This document shows, one piece after another, positions 45,586 through 55,431 of a stretch of DNA of 64,000 nucleotides; the first letter of the stretch is position 1, and every line of letters starts with the position of its first letter. Source of the DNA: Hippea sp. KM1. Its GTDB lineage: Bacteria > Campylobacterota_A > Desulfurellia > Desulfurellales > Hippeaceae. The notes below the pieces were generated by a model, which was given only the letters and a program-made list of their open reading frames with translations, was not told the origin of the DNA and ran no database searches. Both the position numbers and the translations under genes were made by a program. Where the stretch lies: the NCBI RefSeq assembly GCF_000526195.1, contig NZ_JAFP01000001.1, positions 1,316,014 to 1,380,013 of the forward strand, written 5' to 3'.

Positions 45586-48381
45586 TCAACCTTCCCTGAC
45601 CACCCTATAACATCTTGCACATATCTTTTCATTCGTCGGGTTATCACCCACTGTTGGGCTATACTTCCAGCACCTATCACACTTCTCACCCTCAGCTTTC
45701 AATACATATACATCGATGCCAGCCTCATCATCATAATACTTCTTTAGATATTCGTCAAGGCTGCCAAAGTCAAACTGAGAGACTATACAAATATCGGACA
45801 AATCATCCTTGGAGAACCCCTCTATAACGCCCCTCATCCTGTCGGACTTTATATCAACGACGACCTTTGCCTCTAAGGAGTTGCCTATCAGCTTTTCGCT
45901 CCTTGCAAGCTCTAAGGCCTTATCCGTTGCCGCTTTCAGCCTCCTTAGATTGTTCCACTTCTCAATAAGGGCATCGTTTTTGTATGTTTCGTTTGGCTTT
46001 ACAAATTCCTCCATATGAACAGACGGCTTTGAACCGTTCATATAGGAGTATGCCTCCTCTGCGGTAAAGGAGAGTATCGGCGCCATGTAGAAAACAATGA
46101 CCCTCAATATCTCGTTCATGGCCGTCTGAGCAGACAGCCTCTTCTTGGAATCCTTAGCCTCACAATAAAGTCTATCCTTCAGTATATCTAAATAGAAGTT
46201 GGAAAGAACCAGTATGCAGTAATTGGTCATATTCCTGTAAATCACATGGTATTCGTAATCCTCATAGGCCTTAAGCAGCCTCTCCTTTAGATTTTCCGTC
46301 TCTGCCAACACCCATTTATCTATCTCTTCAAGCTCATCGTATTTGAGCTTTTTTGATTCATCGAAGCCGTTTAGGTTTCCAAGCAGGAATCTGATGGTGT
46401 TTCTGATTTTTCTATAGTTATCAACCAGCCTTCTCATTATCTCATCCGAGAGTCTGACATCCTCCCTATAATCGGTTGCGGAGGCCCAAAGCCTTAAAAG
46501 CTCAGCCCCGTATTTCTTTATGATCTTTTCAGGCTGTATGACATTACCCAGGGATTTACTCATCTTCCTGCCCTTAGAGTCAACGACAAAGCCGTGCGTT
46601 AAAACCTCATCATAGGGAGCCCTATCCCTTGTTCCAACGCTCTCAAGCAGAGACGAATGAAACCAACCCCTATGCTGATCGCTCCCTTCAAGATACATGC
46701 TTGCAGGCCAGCTTAGCTCCTCTCTTCTTTCCAAAACGGCAGCATGGGAAACACCTGAGTCAAACCAAACATCTAATATATCGTTTTCCTTTTCAAATTC
46801 GCTGCTTCCGCATGCGCATGTATAACCCTCGGGCAAGAAATAGTCTGCATCCTTCTCGAACCATATATCTGCACCGTATTTCTCTATCTCATCGGCAACC
46901 CTATCTATCAAAGCCTTATCGTATTGAACCCTTCCACATTTTTTACATTTAAATAGCGCTATAGGCACGCCCCAGGCCCTCTGGCGTGATATACACCAAT
47001 CCGGGCGTGTTTCCATCATCGAGTATATCCTGTTCCTGCCCCATGATGGAATCCATTTGGTTTTATCTATAGCCTCCAAAGCCTTCTTCCTCAGCTCACC
47101 CTTGGGGTTGTCTATTGAGATAAACCACTGCTCCGTCGAGCGGAAGATTATGGGGTTTTTACACCTCCAGCAGTGGGGATAGGAGTGGGTTATCTTCTCC
47201 TGTTTAACCAGCATCTCCTTCTGTTTAAGAAGCTCTATAATCTTAGGGTTTGCCTCAAGCACATGCATACCTGCAAAGTATTCAACCTCAGGCAAAAACC
47301 TGCCATCATCATCGACGGGTGAATATATGGGCAGGTGATACTTCTTGCCCACGACATAGTCCTCATCACCATGCCCCGGCGCTGTATGAACAAGACCCGT
47401 TCCAGCCTCTAAGTTTACATGGTCGCCAAGTATAATCCTCGATTCCCTATCATAGAACGGATGGGCCAATATGTAATCCTCAAGTTCTGTTCCCTTGACG
47501 GTCTTTATTAGCTCATATTCGGATATCTCAAACTTCTCCATCAACCCTTCCACTAAATCAGCAGCAACCAAATACACATGCCTTGGGGCTATCTGAACAA
47601 AGGCATAGTCAAAATCCGGGTTAACCGCAACGGCCAGGTTGGCAGGCAATGTCCACGGCGTTGTTGTCCAGATAATAGCGCTTACAGCCTTACCTAAAAA
47701 CCTCTTATCCTCGCTCCCCAAATCGCTTATAAAGTCAAACCTGACATAGATGGACTCACTCTCATCATCCTGATACTCCACCTCTGCCAAAGCCAGAGCG
47801 GTTTTGCAGGAATAGCACCAATAAACCGGCTTTTTCTCCTTATAAACCAGCCCCTTTTCAACGAATTTACCCAATTCCCTTAATGTGTCTGCCTCGTATT
47901 TAAAGTCCATTGTCAGATAGGGATTATCCCAATCGCCAAACACACCGAGGCGCTTAAACTCCTCCCTCTGGATGTCTATGTATTTTTTGGCATAATCTCT
48001 GCACATCTTCCTGAACTCGGACTTGGGCATGGCGTTCTTTTTATTCTTGCCTATCTCCTTCTCTATGTTGTGTTCAATGGGCAAACCGTGGCAATCCCAG
48101 CCCGGCACATAGGGGGAGTAATACCCCATCATTGTTTTTGACTTAACAACTATATCCTTAAGCACCTTATTCAAAACATGCCCCATGTGTATATGTCCGT
48201 TTGCATAAGGGGGTCCATCATGGAGAATAAAAGACGGCCTGGACTTTCTATCCTCCAAGATCTTGTGATAGATGTCCATCTCGTCCCATTTCTTAAGCAT
48301 AATAGGCTCTTTCTGAATAAGATTGGCCTTCATAGGAAAATCCGTCTTAGGCAACAGCAGCGTATCTTTATAGTCCATCAT
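45586..48381 (-). CDS. ileS: Isoleucyl-tRNA synthetase
   Basis: N-terminus MMDYKDTLLLPKTDFPM. HIGH motif (PYANGHIHMGH). KMSKS motif. A C-terminal zinc-binding CxxC pair. Confidence 0.95.
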   Translation of the reverse strand: MMDYKDTLLLPKTDFPMKANLIQKEPIMLKKWDEMDIYHKILEDRKSRPSFILHDGPPYANGHIHMGHVLNKVLKDIVVKSKTMMGYYSPYVPGWDCHGLPIEHNIEKEIGKNKKNAMPKSEFRKMCRDYAKKYIDIQREEFKRLGVFGDWDNPYLTMDFKYEADTLRELGKFVEKGLVYKEKKPVYWCYSCKTALALAEVEYQDDESESIYVRFDFISDLGSEDKRFLGKAVSAIIWTTTPWTLPANLAVAVNPDFDYAFVQIAPRHVYLVAADLVEGLMEKFEISEYELIKTVKGTELEDYILAHPFYDRESRIILGDHVNLEAGTGLVHTAPGHGDEDYVVGKKYHLPIYSPVDDDGRFLPEVEYFAGMHVLEANPKIIELLKQKEMLVKQEKITHSYPHCWRCKNPIIFRSTEQWFISIDNPKGELRKKALEAIDKTKWIPSWGRNRIYSMMETRPDWCISRQRAWGVPIALFKCKKCGRVQYDKALIDRVADEIEKYGADIWFEKDADYFLPEGYTCACGSSEFEKENDILDVWFDSGVSHAAVLERREELSWPASMYLEGSDQHRGWFHSSLLESVGTRDRAPYDEVLTHGFVVDSKGRKMSKSLGNVIQPEKIIKKYGAELLRLWASATDYREDVRLSDEIMRRLVDNYRKIRNTIRFLLGNLNGFDESKKLKYDELEEIDKWVLAETENLKERLLKAYEDYEYHVIYRNMTNYCILVLSNFYLDILKDRLYCEAKDSKKRLSAQTAMNEILRVIVFYMAPILSFTAEEAYSYMNGSKPSVHMEEFVKPNETYKNDALIEKWNNLRRLKAATDKALELARSEKLIGNSLEAKVVVDIKSDRMRGVIEGFSKDDLSDICIVSQFDFGSLDEYLKKYYDDEAGIDVYVLKAEGEKCDRCWKYSPTVGDNPTNEKICARCYRVVREG

Positions 48382-50741
48382 TCCCCCCTGAGCTTTGCAT
48401 TGAATTTATCTTTCAACCTAAGATAAACATCGCCCATTATTTTCTCTATCTCTTCCTCGGTAAATGTCTTCTCATCGTTTCTTAAAACGACCCTGAAGGT
48501 TAAGCTCACCCTATTCTCATCCTCAAGCTTATCGTATATATCAAACAGGGCCACCCTATAAACACCATCGATTCCTTTAATCTCTCTTTCTATGTCAGAC
48601 CACCTTATAGTCCTATCAACAACTACAGCCAGATCCCTCCATACGGTGGGCAGCTTAGGCAGGCTCTCATACATAGAATGGCCAACATTCAACTCAGCAA
48701 GCCTGCTTAGGTTTATCTCGCCAATCAAAACACGCATCTTTTTGTCAAACTTCAGCTCATAAGCTGCATAGAGGTCGGGGTGCAGCTCACCAACATACCC
48801 AAAACTTTCACCGTTAACAACGAGTTCTGCCGCTCTGCCGGGGTGTAAAAAGCCCCTATTTGACCTGTTGTATTCAAAAGAAACGCCAGCTATACCTGCA
48901 ACAGCCTCGCAAACAGCCTTGGCATCATAAAAATCAAAAGCCCTGCCCCTTTGGTGTATGTTGAATTGGCTCAAACCCCACAGAAGGAAGCCAACATTTA
49001 TATACTCCTTGCAAAAGTCACCGTCTTTAAAGAAACTCCTGCCTATCTCAAATACAGGAACACCCTTTGCGCCTTTGCTTATATTAAACACCAAAACATC
49101 AAGCAGCGAAACGGCCAGGGTTGTTCTCATAACATTCTGGGTATCGATTAGAGGGTTTTTAAGATAAACAAAGCTCTCCTCATTGCTGTCAAATAGCTTA
49201 AGCTTCTCATCATGCACAAAGGAATAGTTCTTCGTCTCAAAAAGCCCCATATCGGCTAAGGTCTTTACAGCCTCGTCTGCATAAAAATCCACCCTATCCT
49301 GCGGCTTGAAGTATGTATTGACAACAGGCATCGTATCCGCAATGGAGTCGTATCCCTTGATCCTTGCAACCTCCTCGGCTATGTCAGCCTCGCCCTCTAT
49401 ATCAAACCTATAGGTGGGCACCTCAACCTCAACAACACCCTCACCTGTCTGCTCAACACCGAAGTTTAGTCCAACCAGCACATCGACGATCTCGTTCGAT
49501 CCATAATTGCTACCAAGCAGCCTGTTTATACCATCAAAACTAACCGCTATCCTTTTATTCTCAAAATCCCGCTCTTTTTTATCTATAAATCCAGCATATA
49601 CCCTTGCATTCGCATACCTTGAAAGCAGACTCAAAGCATACCTGCTTGCATTTAGAGCCAGATTTGGGTCAACACCCCTTTCAAACCTGTGGGATGACTC
49701 CGTATGGAGCTTTAGCCTCCTTGCTGTAAGCCTGACGCTTACCGGATTAAAGAAGGCACTCTCTAAGGCTATGGTTTTTGTATCATCCGAAACGCTTGAG
49801 AACTCACCACCCATAACACCCGCTATGGCTATAGGGCCTTTCTGGTCGGCTATCACAAGCATATCGTTTTTTAGCTCATACTCCTTGCCGTCTAAGGCAA
49901 CTATACGCTCACCCTCAACGGCTGGCCTGATTACTATATTGCCGTTTAACCTATCAAGATCAAAGGCGTGCATGGGCTGGCCAAGCCCCAAAAGCACATA
50001 GTTTGTAATATCCACTATGTTGTTTATGGATCTAACACCGCACTTTAGAAGCCTCATCCTCATGAAAAACGGTGCAGGCTTTACCTCAACAGAAGCCATA
50101 GCAAGCGTATATCTGGGGCAGTTTTTATAATCCTTTACCTCAACATCTACAAATTCGTCTATTCTTTTATCAATCGTATCAAAACCGGCCTCGGGCAGGT
50201 GAACCCTCTTGTTAAACAAGGCCGCAACATCTCTTGCAACACCAAGCATACTCAAGGCATCGGCCCTGTTCGGTGTAAGCTCTATCTCAATAACACTATC
50301 ATCAAATTCATCTATATCAGACAGCCTCTTGCCGTTTTCAAAGCCACTATCCAGCCTAAAAAGCTCACTGGATGACTCCTCAAGCCCCAGCTCCTCGGCG
50401 GATAAAAACATACCCTCAGAGATAAAATCGCCAAACGGCCTTCTCTCTATCCTCTTACCGCCAACCTCTGAGCCTGCTAAAACCACACCGAACTTCTCAC
50501 CAACCCTGACGCTTTTATCGGCAGTGGCTATGTTTATGGTTTTTGCTCTAATATCCACCTTGCACAATGCAAGATTACCTGAATAGTCAACCCCGACAAC
50601 CTCACCCACAACACTGCCGAATGTATCTATTCTCTCTATGCTATCAACCTCAAGGCCGGCCATTGTTAGCCTGTCTGCAAGCTCATTGGCATCTACATCT
50701 ATATCCACAAACTCCTTTAACCACCTATAGGAAACCCTCAT
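48378..50741 (-). CDS. pheT: Phenylalanyl-tRNA synthetase beta subunit
   Basis: 787 aa. N-terminus MRVSYRWLKEFVDID, with B3/B4, B5 and FDX-ACB domain order. It overlaps pheS by 4 nt. Confidence 0.95.
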   Translation of the reverse strand: MRVSYRWLKEFVDIDVDANELADRLTMAGLEVDSIERIDTFGSVVGEVVGVDYSGNLALCKVDIRAKTINIATADKSVRVGEKFGVVLAGSEVGGKRIERRPFGDFISEGMFLSAEELGLEESSSELFRLDSGFENGKRLSDIDEFDDSVIEIELTPNRADALSMLGVARDVAALFNKRVHLPEAGFDTIDKRIDEFVDVEVKDYKNCPRYTLAMASVEVKPAPFFMRMRLLKCGVRSINNIVDITNYVLLGLGQPMHAFDLDRLNGNIVIRPAVEGERIVALDGKEYELKNDMLVIADQKGPIAIAGVMGGEFSSVSDDTKTIALESAFFNPVSVRLTARRLKLHTESSHRFERGVDPNLALNASRYALSLLSRYANARVYAGFIDKKERDFENKRIAVSFDGINRLLGSNYGSNEIVDVLVGLNFGVEQTGEGVVEVEVPTYRFDIEGEADIAEEVARIKGYDSIADTMPVVNTYFKPQDRVDFYADEAVKTLADMGLFETKNYSFVHDEKLKLFDSNEESFVYLKNPLIDTQNVMRTTLAVSLLDVLVFNISKGAKGVPVFEIGRSFFKDGDFCKEYINVGFLLWGLSQFNIHQRGRAFDFYDAKAVCEAVAGIAGVSFEYNRSNRGFLHPGRAAELVVNGESFGYVGELHPDLYAAYELKFDKKMRVLIGEINLSRLAELNVGHSMYESLPKLPTVWRDLAVVVDRTIRWSDIEREIKGIDGVYRVALFDIYDKLEDENRVSLTFRVVLRNDEKTFTEEEIEKIMGDVYLRLKDKFNAKLRGE

Positions 50742-51769
50742 AACAGCCTACCCTTCGAATATGAGAATTGCTCTAAAAACCTTAAGTCGTTTTCAAAGAA
50801 CAGCTTTATGTTATCTATGCCATACTTAAGCATGGCAAAGCGCTCAATACCCAACCCGAAGGCAAAACCAACATACTCATTGGGGTCGTATCCACAGTTT
50901 TTAAGCACATTGGGATGAACCATACCGCATCCCAAAACCTCAAGGTATCCGGTATGGGAGCAGACTCTGCACCCCTTGCCTTTGCAGATAATACAACCTA
51001 TATCAACCTCGGCCGATGGTTCCGTAAAAGGGAAATAACTCGGCCTAAACCTTACAGGGACATCACCAAAGAACATCCTCAAGAACTCGCTCAAAACGCC
51101 CTTTAGATCCGAAAATCGGACATTTTTATCAACAAGCAATCCCTCAATCTGATGAAACATCGGTGAGTGGGTTAAATCCGAATCACGCCTGTAAACCCTG
51201 CCTGGCGAGATGAACATCACAGGCGGTTTTTGCCTTTTCATCACCCTGATTTGGGTGGGCGATGTATGGGTTCTCAAAACAACATTGTCGTTTATGTAAA
51301 ATGTATCCTGCATATCCCTTGCCGGATGCTCCTTGGGTATATTGAGCATCTCAAAGTTAAATAGATCAAGTTCCACCTCAGGCCCGCTCTCAACACCAAA
51401 CCCCAAGCTTCTAAATATATCCTCAATCTCCATTATGGTCTTTGTTATGGGATGAATAGCCCCGAAGTTTGCCCCCCTTGCAGGGAGCGTTATATCTATG
51501 GCCTCCTTCTTTAAGGACTCCTGTTTGGCCTTTTCAAGTAACTCCTTCGATTTTTCCTCCAAAAGCCTCTCGCAAAATCCCTTAAGCTCATTGATCTTTT
51601 TACCAAACTCCTTCTTCTCATCCCCTGCTAAATCCTTAAGCCGTTTAAACAGAGCCGTTATCTTACCCTTCTTGCCCAGAAACTGGGCCTTCAGTTGCTT
51701 TAGCTGCTCCTGGTTTTCTATACCCTTTAATAGCTGTTCAAATTCATTTTTGAGATGTTCCATAGGCAC
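50738..51769 (-). CDS. pheS: Phenylalanyl-tRNA synthetase alpha subunit
   Basis: Class II aminoacyl-tRNA synthetase motifs (FRPSYFPFTEPSAEVDI; GCGMVHPNVL). 343 aa. Confidence 0.95.
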   Translation of the reverse strand: MPMEHLKNEFEQLLKGIENQEQLKQLKAQFLGKKGKITALFKRLKDLAGDEKKEFGKKINELKGFCERLLEEKSKELLEKAKQESLKKEAIDITLPARGANFGAIHPITKTIMEIEDIFRSLGFGVESGPEVELDLFNFEMLNIPKEHPARDMQDTFYINDNVVLRTHTSPTQIRVMKRQKPPVMFISPGRVYRRDSDLTHSPMFHQIEGLLVDKNVRFSDLKGVLSEFLRMFFGDVPVRFRPSYFPFTEPSAEVDIGCIICKGKGCRVCSHTGYLEVLGCGMVHPNVLKNCGYDPNEYVGFAFGLGIERFAMLKYGIDNIKLFFENDLRFLEQFSYSKGRLL

Positions 51770-51773
51770 CCCT

Positions 51774-51822
51774 TAAAATTAAAAAATGCGAAAAAGGCTT
51801 ATGATAAGCACTTTTTCGCATT
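51774..51822 (-). terminator. Long hairpin plus U-run between rplT and pheS (intrinsic terminator/attenuator)
   Basis: On the minus strand the sequence reads AATGCGAAAAAGTGCTTAT-CAT-AAGCCTTTTTCGCATT, an ~18-bp stem with one bulge. It is followed by TTTTTAATTTT and then the pheS RBS AAGGGG. Confidence 0.6.
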
Positions 51823-51847
51823 ATGGTGGTCATAGTAATTCTTTTTC

Positions 51848-52195
51848 TTAAGAAGCCTTAATATTCTCTACAAGGTTCTTAAAGGCCTCAGGCTCATAGA
51901 TGGCCATCTGGCTCAGAACCTTCCTGTTTAGGTCTATGCCCTTTTGCTTCAAAAGATGCATAAACCTGCTATAACTCAAGCCATACTCCCTGACAGCAGC
52001 ATTGATGCGGGCAATCCAGAGCCTCCTAAACTCCCTCTTTCTTACCTTCCTATCCCTATAGGCATAGGCAAGCGCCCTTCTTACGCTCTCCTCAGCATTC
52101 TTATAGGTTGAATGCCTCCTCTGGTAATAACCCTTGGCAAGCTTTAAAATCTTTTTATGTCTTCTTCTTCTCTTAAAACCCGTTTTTACTCTCAA
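51848..52195 (-). CDS. rplT: 50S ribosomal protein L20
   Basis: MRVKTGFKRRRRHKKILKLAKGYYQRR... is a near-universal L20 sequence. Confidence 0.97.
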   Translation of the reverse strand: MRVKTGFKRRRRHKKILKLAKGYYQRRHSTYKNAEESVRRALAYAYRDRKVRKREFRRLWIARINAAVREYGLSYSRFMHLLKQKGIDLNRKVLSQMAIYEPEAFKNLVENIKAS

Positions 52196-52208
52196 TTTTT
52201 ACCTCCCT

Positions 52209-52406
52209 CTATCCCCAAGGCATCAACTCTTTGAGATTGTGTTTAACCTGACCCGACTTTATGTAATTGGGTCTCTTTAGATTCCTCTTTCTCTTTCTGG
52301 TCTTATCAAACAAAAGGTGGCTCTTGCCGGCCCTTGCATGCTTAAAATGACCCTTTGCCGTCTTGGAAAACCTCTTTGCCGCAGCTCTCCTGGTTTTAAG
52401 CTTCAT
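52209..52406 (-). CDS. rpmI: 50S ribosomal protein L35
   Basis: MKLKTRRAAAKRFSKTAKGHFKHARAGKSHLL is typical of L35, 65 aa. Confidence 0.95.
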   Translation of the reverse strand: MKLKTRRAAAKRFSKTAKGHFKHARAGKSHLLFDKTRKRKRNLKRPNYIKSGQVKHNLKELMPWG

Positions 52407-52415
52407 CTTCTCCTC

Positions 52416-52907
52416 CTATTTATTTGGCACAAAGGAAACGCTTACCCTTCTTCCCTGGTAATCCGGCTTACCCTCAAGGCTGCCATACCCCTCAAGGTCG
52501 ATCTTCAGCCGCTCAATAAGTTCTTCCACCAATTCCTTCTTGTCGATCTCCCTGCCACGCAGAAAGATATTGAACTTAACCTTATTCTTATCCTCTAAAA
52601 AGCTTCTGGCCATCTTAAGCTTTGTCTGATAGTCGTTTTCTGCGATCCTTGGCCTCAGCTTGAGTTCTTTAACCTTAATGGTCTTTTGAGCCTTCTTGCT
52701 CTTTTGCTGCTTCTTCTGCTTCTCATAGTTGTACTTGCCGTAATCCATTATACGGCAAACAATCGGGTCGCTATTGGGGCTAACAACAACCAAATCCAGC
52801 CCCGCATTCTCGGCCCTTCTTAAAGCCTCACTCAAAGGAACAATACCCACCTGCTCGCCCGTCTCGGTTATAAGCCTGACCTTGTCGGCTTTAATGTTCT
52901 CGTTGAT
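52416..52907 (-). CDS. infC: Translation initiation factor IF-3, with a probable non-AUG (AUC) start codon
   Basis: The IF3 N-domain (INENIKADKVRLITETGEQVGIVPLSEAL...GLDLVVVSPN) continues upstream of the track's GTG start. The reading frame is closed by a TAG at 52926-52928 only 7 codons upstream of ATC 52907, and no ATG/GTG/TTG falls in that stretch. The RBS AGGAAGGAA lies 9 nt before ATC. Confidence 0.8.
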   Translation of the reverse strand: MNENIKADKVRLITETGEQVGIVPLSEALRRAENAGLDLVVVSPNSDPIVCRIMDYGKYNYEKQKKQQKSKKAQKTIKVKELKLRPRIAENDYQTKLKMARSFLEDKNKVKFNIFLRGREIDKKELVEELIERLKIDLEGYGSLEGKPDYQGRRVSVSFVPNK

Positions 52908-52947
52908 GGGCGGAAGTTCCTTCCTTCTAAAATCGCCTCTTATAGCA

Positions 52948-54810
52948 TCACCTCCTGCTATCTACTTCTTTTTGTAATCTCAAAACAAAATCATCTATAC
53001 TCATACAGCCCAGATCGCCTTCTTTTCTTCTCCTGACAGATACGCTTCTGCTTTCGACCTCTTTATCTCCCACAATGAGAATATAGGGTATTTTGTCGGT
53101 TTCTGCAAACCTTATCTTCTTGCCTAAGGTCTCGTTCCTCTCCTCAAGCTCAACCCTAACGCCCTTATCCTTAAGCTGCTCAAAAACCTCTTTTGCATAG
53201 GATTCATGCTTCTCAGAAACAGGCAAAACCCTCGCCTGAACAGGCGCTATCCACAGCGGGAAATCACCCTCGAAATTCTCTATTAAGATAGCAATAAATC
53301 GCTCTATCGAGCCCAATATAACCCTATGGACCATTACAGGCTGTTTCTCTTTGCCGTCCTCATCCACATATGTCAGGTTAAATCGCTCAGGAAGCGTAAA
53401 ATCACACTGGATCGTGGCGCACTGCCACCTCCTACCCAAAGCATCCTTTAGCTTCACATCTATTTTTGGCCCGTAAAAGGCCCCATCACCCTCGTTTATC
53501 TCATACTCCCTGCCTGTGTTTTCTAAGGCATTGATAAGGGCATTGGTTGCCAATTCCCACTGCTGATCCGTCCCTATGGAGTTTTCCGGCCTTGTTGAGA
53601 TCTCAAGCTCATACTCAAAACCGAACATACCCATAACATCCTGCACAAAATTCAGAACACCAATGATCTCATCGTTCAGCTGGTCTGGTCTGCAGAATAT
53701 ATGGGCATCGTCCTGCGTGAACTCCCTAACCCTCAACAGGCCGTGCAAAACACCGCTCTTTTCATGCCTATGCACCACACCCAACTCAAAATAGCGTTTG
53801 GGCAGCTCCCTATAGCTCCTCTTCTTCGATTTATAAACCTGGATATGCCCAAGGCAGTTCATGGGCTTTATACCAAAGCTCTGGCCGTCTATCTCGGTAA
53901 AATACATATTCTCCCTGTAATGGTCAAAATGGCCACTTCTCTTCCACAGGTCTGTCCTTAAAATCTCAGGCCCCTTAACAAACTCATACCCCCTCTTCAG
54001 GTGCTCCTTCCTTTCAAACTCCTCGATCAGATACCTCAACATGGCACCCTTGGGATGCCATATGATAAGCCCGGGGCCTACCTCGTCGTTTATGCTAAAA
54101 AGATCAAGCTGCTTTCCTAATTTCCTGTGATCCCTCTTCTTTACCTCTTCTAAAAACTTCAGGTAATTGTCCAGATCCTCTTTTGTTGCAAAGGCCGCGC
54201 CGTATATGCGCTGAAGCATAGGCCTGTTTTCATCGCCCTTGAAATAGGCACCGGCCACATGCAGAAGCTTGAAGTATTTTAAATACCCGGTTGATGGTAT
54301 ATGCGGACCCCTGCATAGATCGGTAAAATCGCCCTGCGTATAGAGGCTAACCACATCCTCATCTATATCGTTTAATATCTCAACCTTATACTCATCGCCC
54401 TTATCTTGAAATATCTTTATAGCTTCTTCTTTGGGAAGCTCCTGGCGGGTGAACTTATAGTTTGCACCCACGATTTTCTTCATCTCTTTTTCTATCTTCT
54501 TGAGATCCTCGTCCGTTATCGTCCTGCCCACATCCATATCGTAATAAAATCCGTTCTCAATAGCAGGACCTATGGCAAACTTGGCATTACCAAATACATG
54601 CTGGACAGCCTGAGCCATAATGTGGGCTGCTGAGTGTCTCAGTATTTCAAGCCCTTCCTCTGAATTTACATCGATAAACTCGACATCCTTATCCTCATCC
54701 AGCGTTGTATCCAAATCAACAACTTTTCCGTCTATCTTAACTGCAATAACACTCTTTAGCTTATTCTTTTTAACATAATCCAGTATATTTGTGCCCTTTT
54801 GTAATCTCAC
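52948..54810 (-). CDS. thrS: Threonyl-tRNA synthetase
   Basis: TGS domain, second (editing) domain HAAH, class II motifs and a C-terminal anticodon-binding domain. The start is moved to GTG 54810 (VRLQKG) with RBS GGGGAAG, because the track ORF's N-terminus overlaps the tRNA-Val gene. Confidence 0.9.
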   Translation of the reverse strand: MRLQKGTNILDYVKKNKLKSVIAVKIDGKVVDLDTTLDEDKDVEFIDVNSEEGLEILRHSAAHIMAQAVQHVFGNAKFAIGPAIENGFYYDMDVGRTITDEDLKKIEKEMKKIVGANYKFTRQELPKEEAIKIFQDKGDEYKVEILNDIDEDVVSLYTQGDFTDLCRGPHIPSTGYLKYFKLLHVAGAYFKGDENRPMLQRIYGAAFATKEDLDNYLKFLEEVKKRDHRKLGKQLDLFSINDEVGPGLIIWHPKGAMLRYLIEEFERKEHLKRGYEFVKGPEILRTDLWKRSGHFDHYRENMYFTEIDGQSFGIKPMNCLGHIQVYKSKKRSYRELPKRYFELGVVHRHEKSGVLHGLLRVREFTQDDAHIFCRPDQLNDEIIGVLNFVQDVMGMFGFEYELEISTRPENSIGTDQQWELATNALINALENTGREYEINEGDGAFYGPKIDVKLKDALGRRWQCATIQCDFTLPERFNLTYVDEDGKEKQPVMVHRVILGSIERFIAILIENFEGDFPLWIAPVQARVLPVSEKHESYAKEVFEQLKDKGVRVELEERNETLGKKIRFAETDKIPYILIVGDKEVESRSVSVRRRKEGDLGCMSIDDFVLRLQKEVDSRR

Positions 54811-54834
54811 TTTTTCTTCCCCAAAAATAAAAAA

Positions 54835-54909
54835 TGGTGGGCGCAAGTGGTTTCGAACCACTGACCTCTTGCGCGTCAAGCAAGCGCTCTCCCCCTGAGC
54901 TATGCGCCC
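54835..54909 (-). tRNA. tRNA-Val (anticodon GAC), with an encoded 3' CCA
   Basis: GGGCGCATAGCTCAGGGGGAGAGCGCTTGCTTGACGCGCAAGAGGTCAGTGGTTCGAAACCACTTGCGCCCACCA folds by hand into a cloverleaf. It has a 7-bp acceptor stem, a GCTC/GAGC D-stem, a CTTGC/GCAAG anticodon stem with loop TTGACGC, and an AGTGG/CCACT T-stem with loop TTCGAAA. Confidence 0.85.
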
Positions 54910-54952
54910 ACATAAAGTTGCGAGAAGTTGTTATCATTTTAGCAATATTTTG

Positions 54953-55414
54953 TCAAGAGCTTTGATTTTCTTTTAAGGATTGAGCTTTTCTCTTTCTAAC
55001 CTCTTCCGACTCCCTGATAAGCTCCTTTATCAGGTCGCCAAACCTCCAGTCCTTTGATGTTTCTGTCAGCACGGCCACAAGGTGAATAGGTATATTCAAC
55101 CCCTTCAATCCCTTTAGAAAATCGAACAGCCCCTTCTCAGAAAATCCGCTCATTATAACGGTTCTTGGATAATCGGTATCCTCATCCTTACACCTTCCAT
55201 CCCCACCTTTAAATATATCGCCCACAACCCTATCACCATCATCGGGGCAAGAAAAAATCACCCTCAACCTCTCAGAGTAAGCCTTAGAAAAACCCTCAAG
55301 CCTATCTCTCTCATCTTTTGAAAAACCGGCATACAGCACGGCAAACTCCCCAAACAGCCTCTTGTCTGACTCCTTAATCCTTTCCATAACAACCCCCCCT
55401 TTCAAAAGGTCCAT
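54953..55414 (-). CDS. Hypothetical cytoplasmic protein
   Basis: 153 aa, acidic, and compositionally like its neighbours. I recognise no domain. The start could alternatively be M10 (MERIKE) at 55387. Confidence 0.35.
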   Translation of the reverse strand: MDLLKGGVVMERIKESDKRLFGEFAVLYAGFSKDERDRLEGFSKAYSERLRVIFSCPDDGDRVVGDIFKGGDGRCKDEDTDYPRTVIMSGFSEKGLFDFLKGLKGLNIPIHLVAVLTETSKDWRFGDLIKELIRESEEVRKRKAQSLKENQSS

Positions 55415-55431
55415 TTACCAATGGACACACA

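Noticed and set aside
49507-50001. 164-aa plus-strand ORF inside pheT
   Set aside because: It lies antisense to phenylalanyl-tRNA synthetase beta and is S/L-rich.
51774-51847. Possible T-box or pheM-type leader peptide upstream of pheS
   Set aside because: The spacer is too short for a T-box, and the only small ORF has two Phe codons. It is interpreted as a simple hairpin terminator/attenuator.
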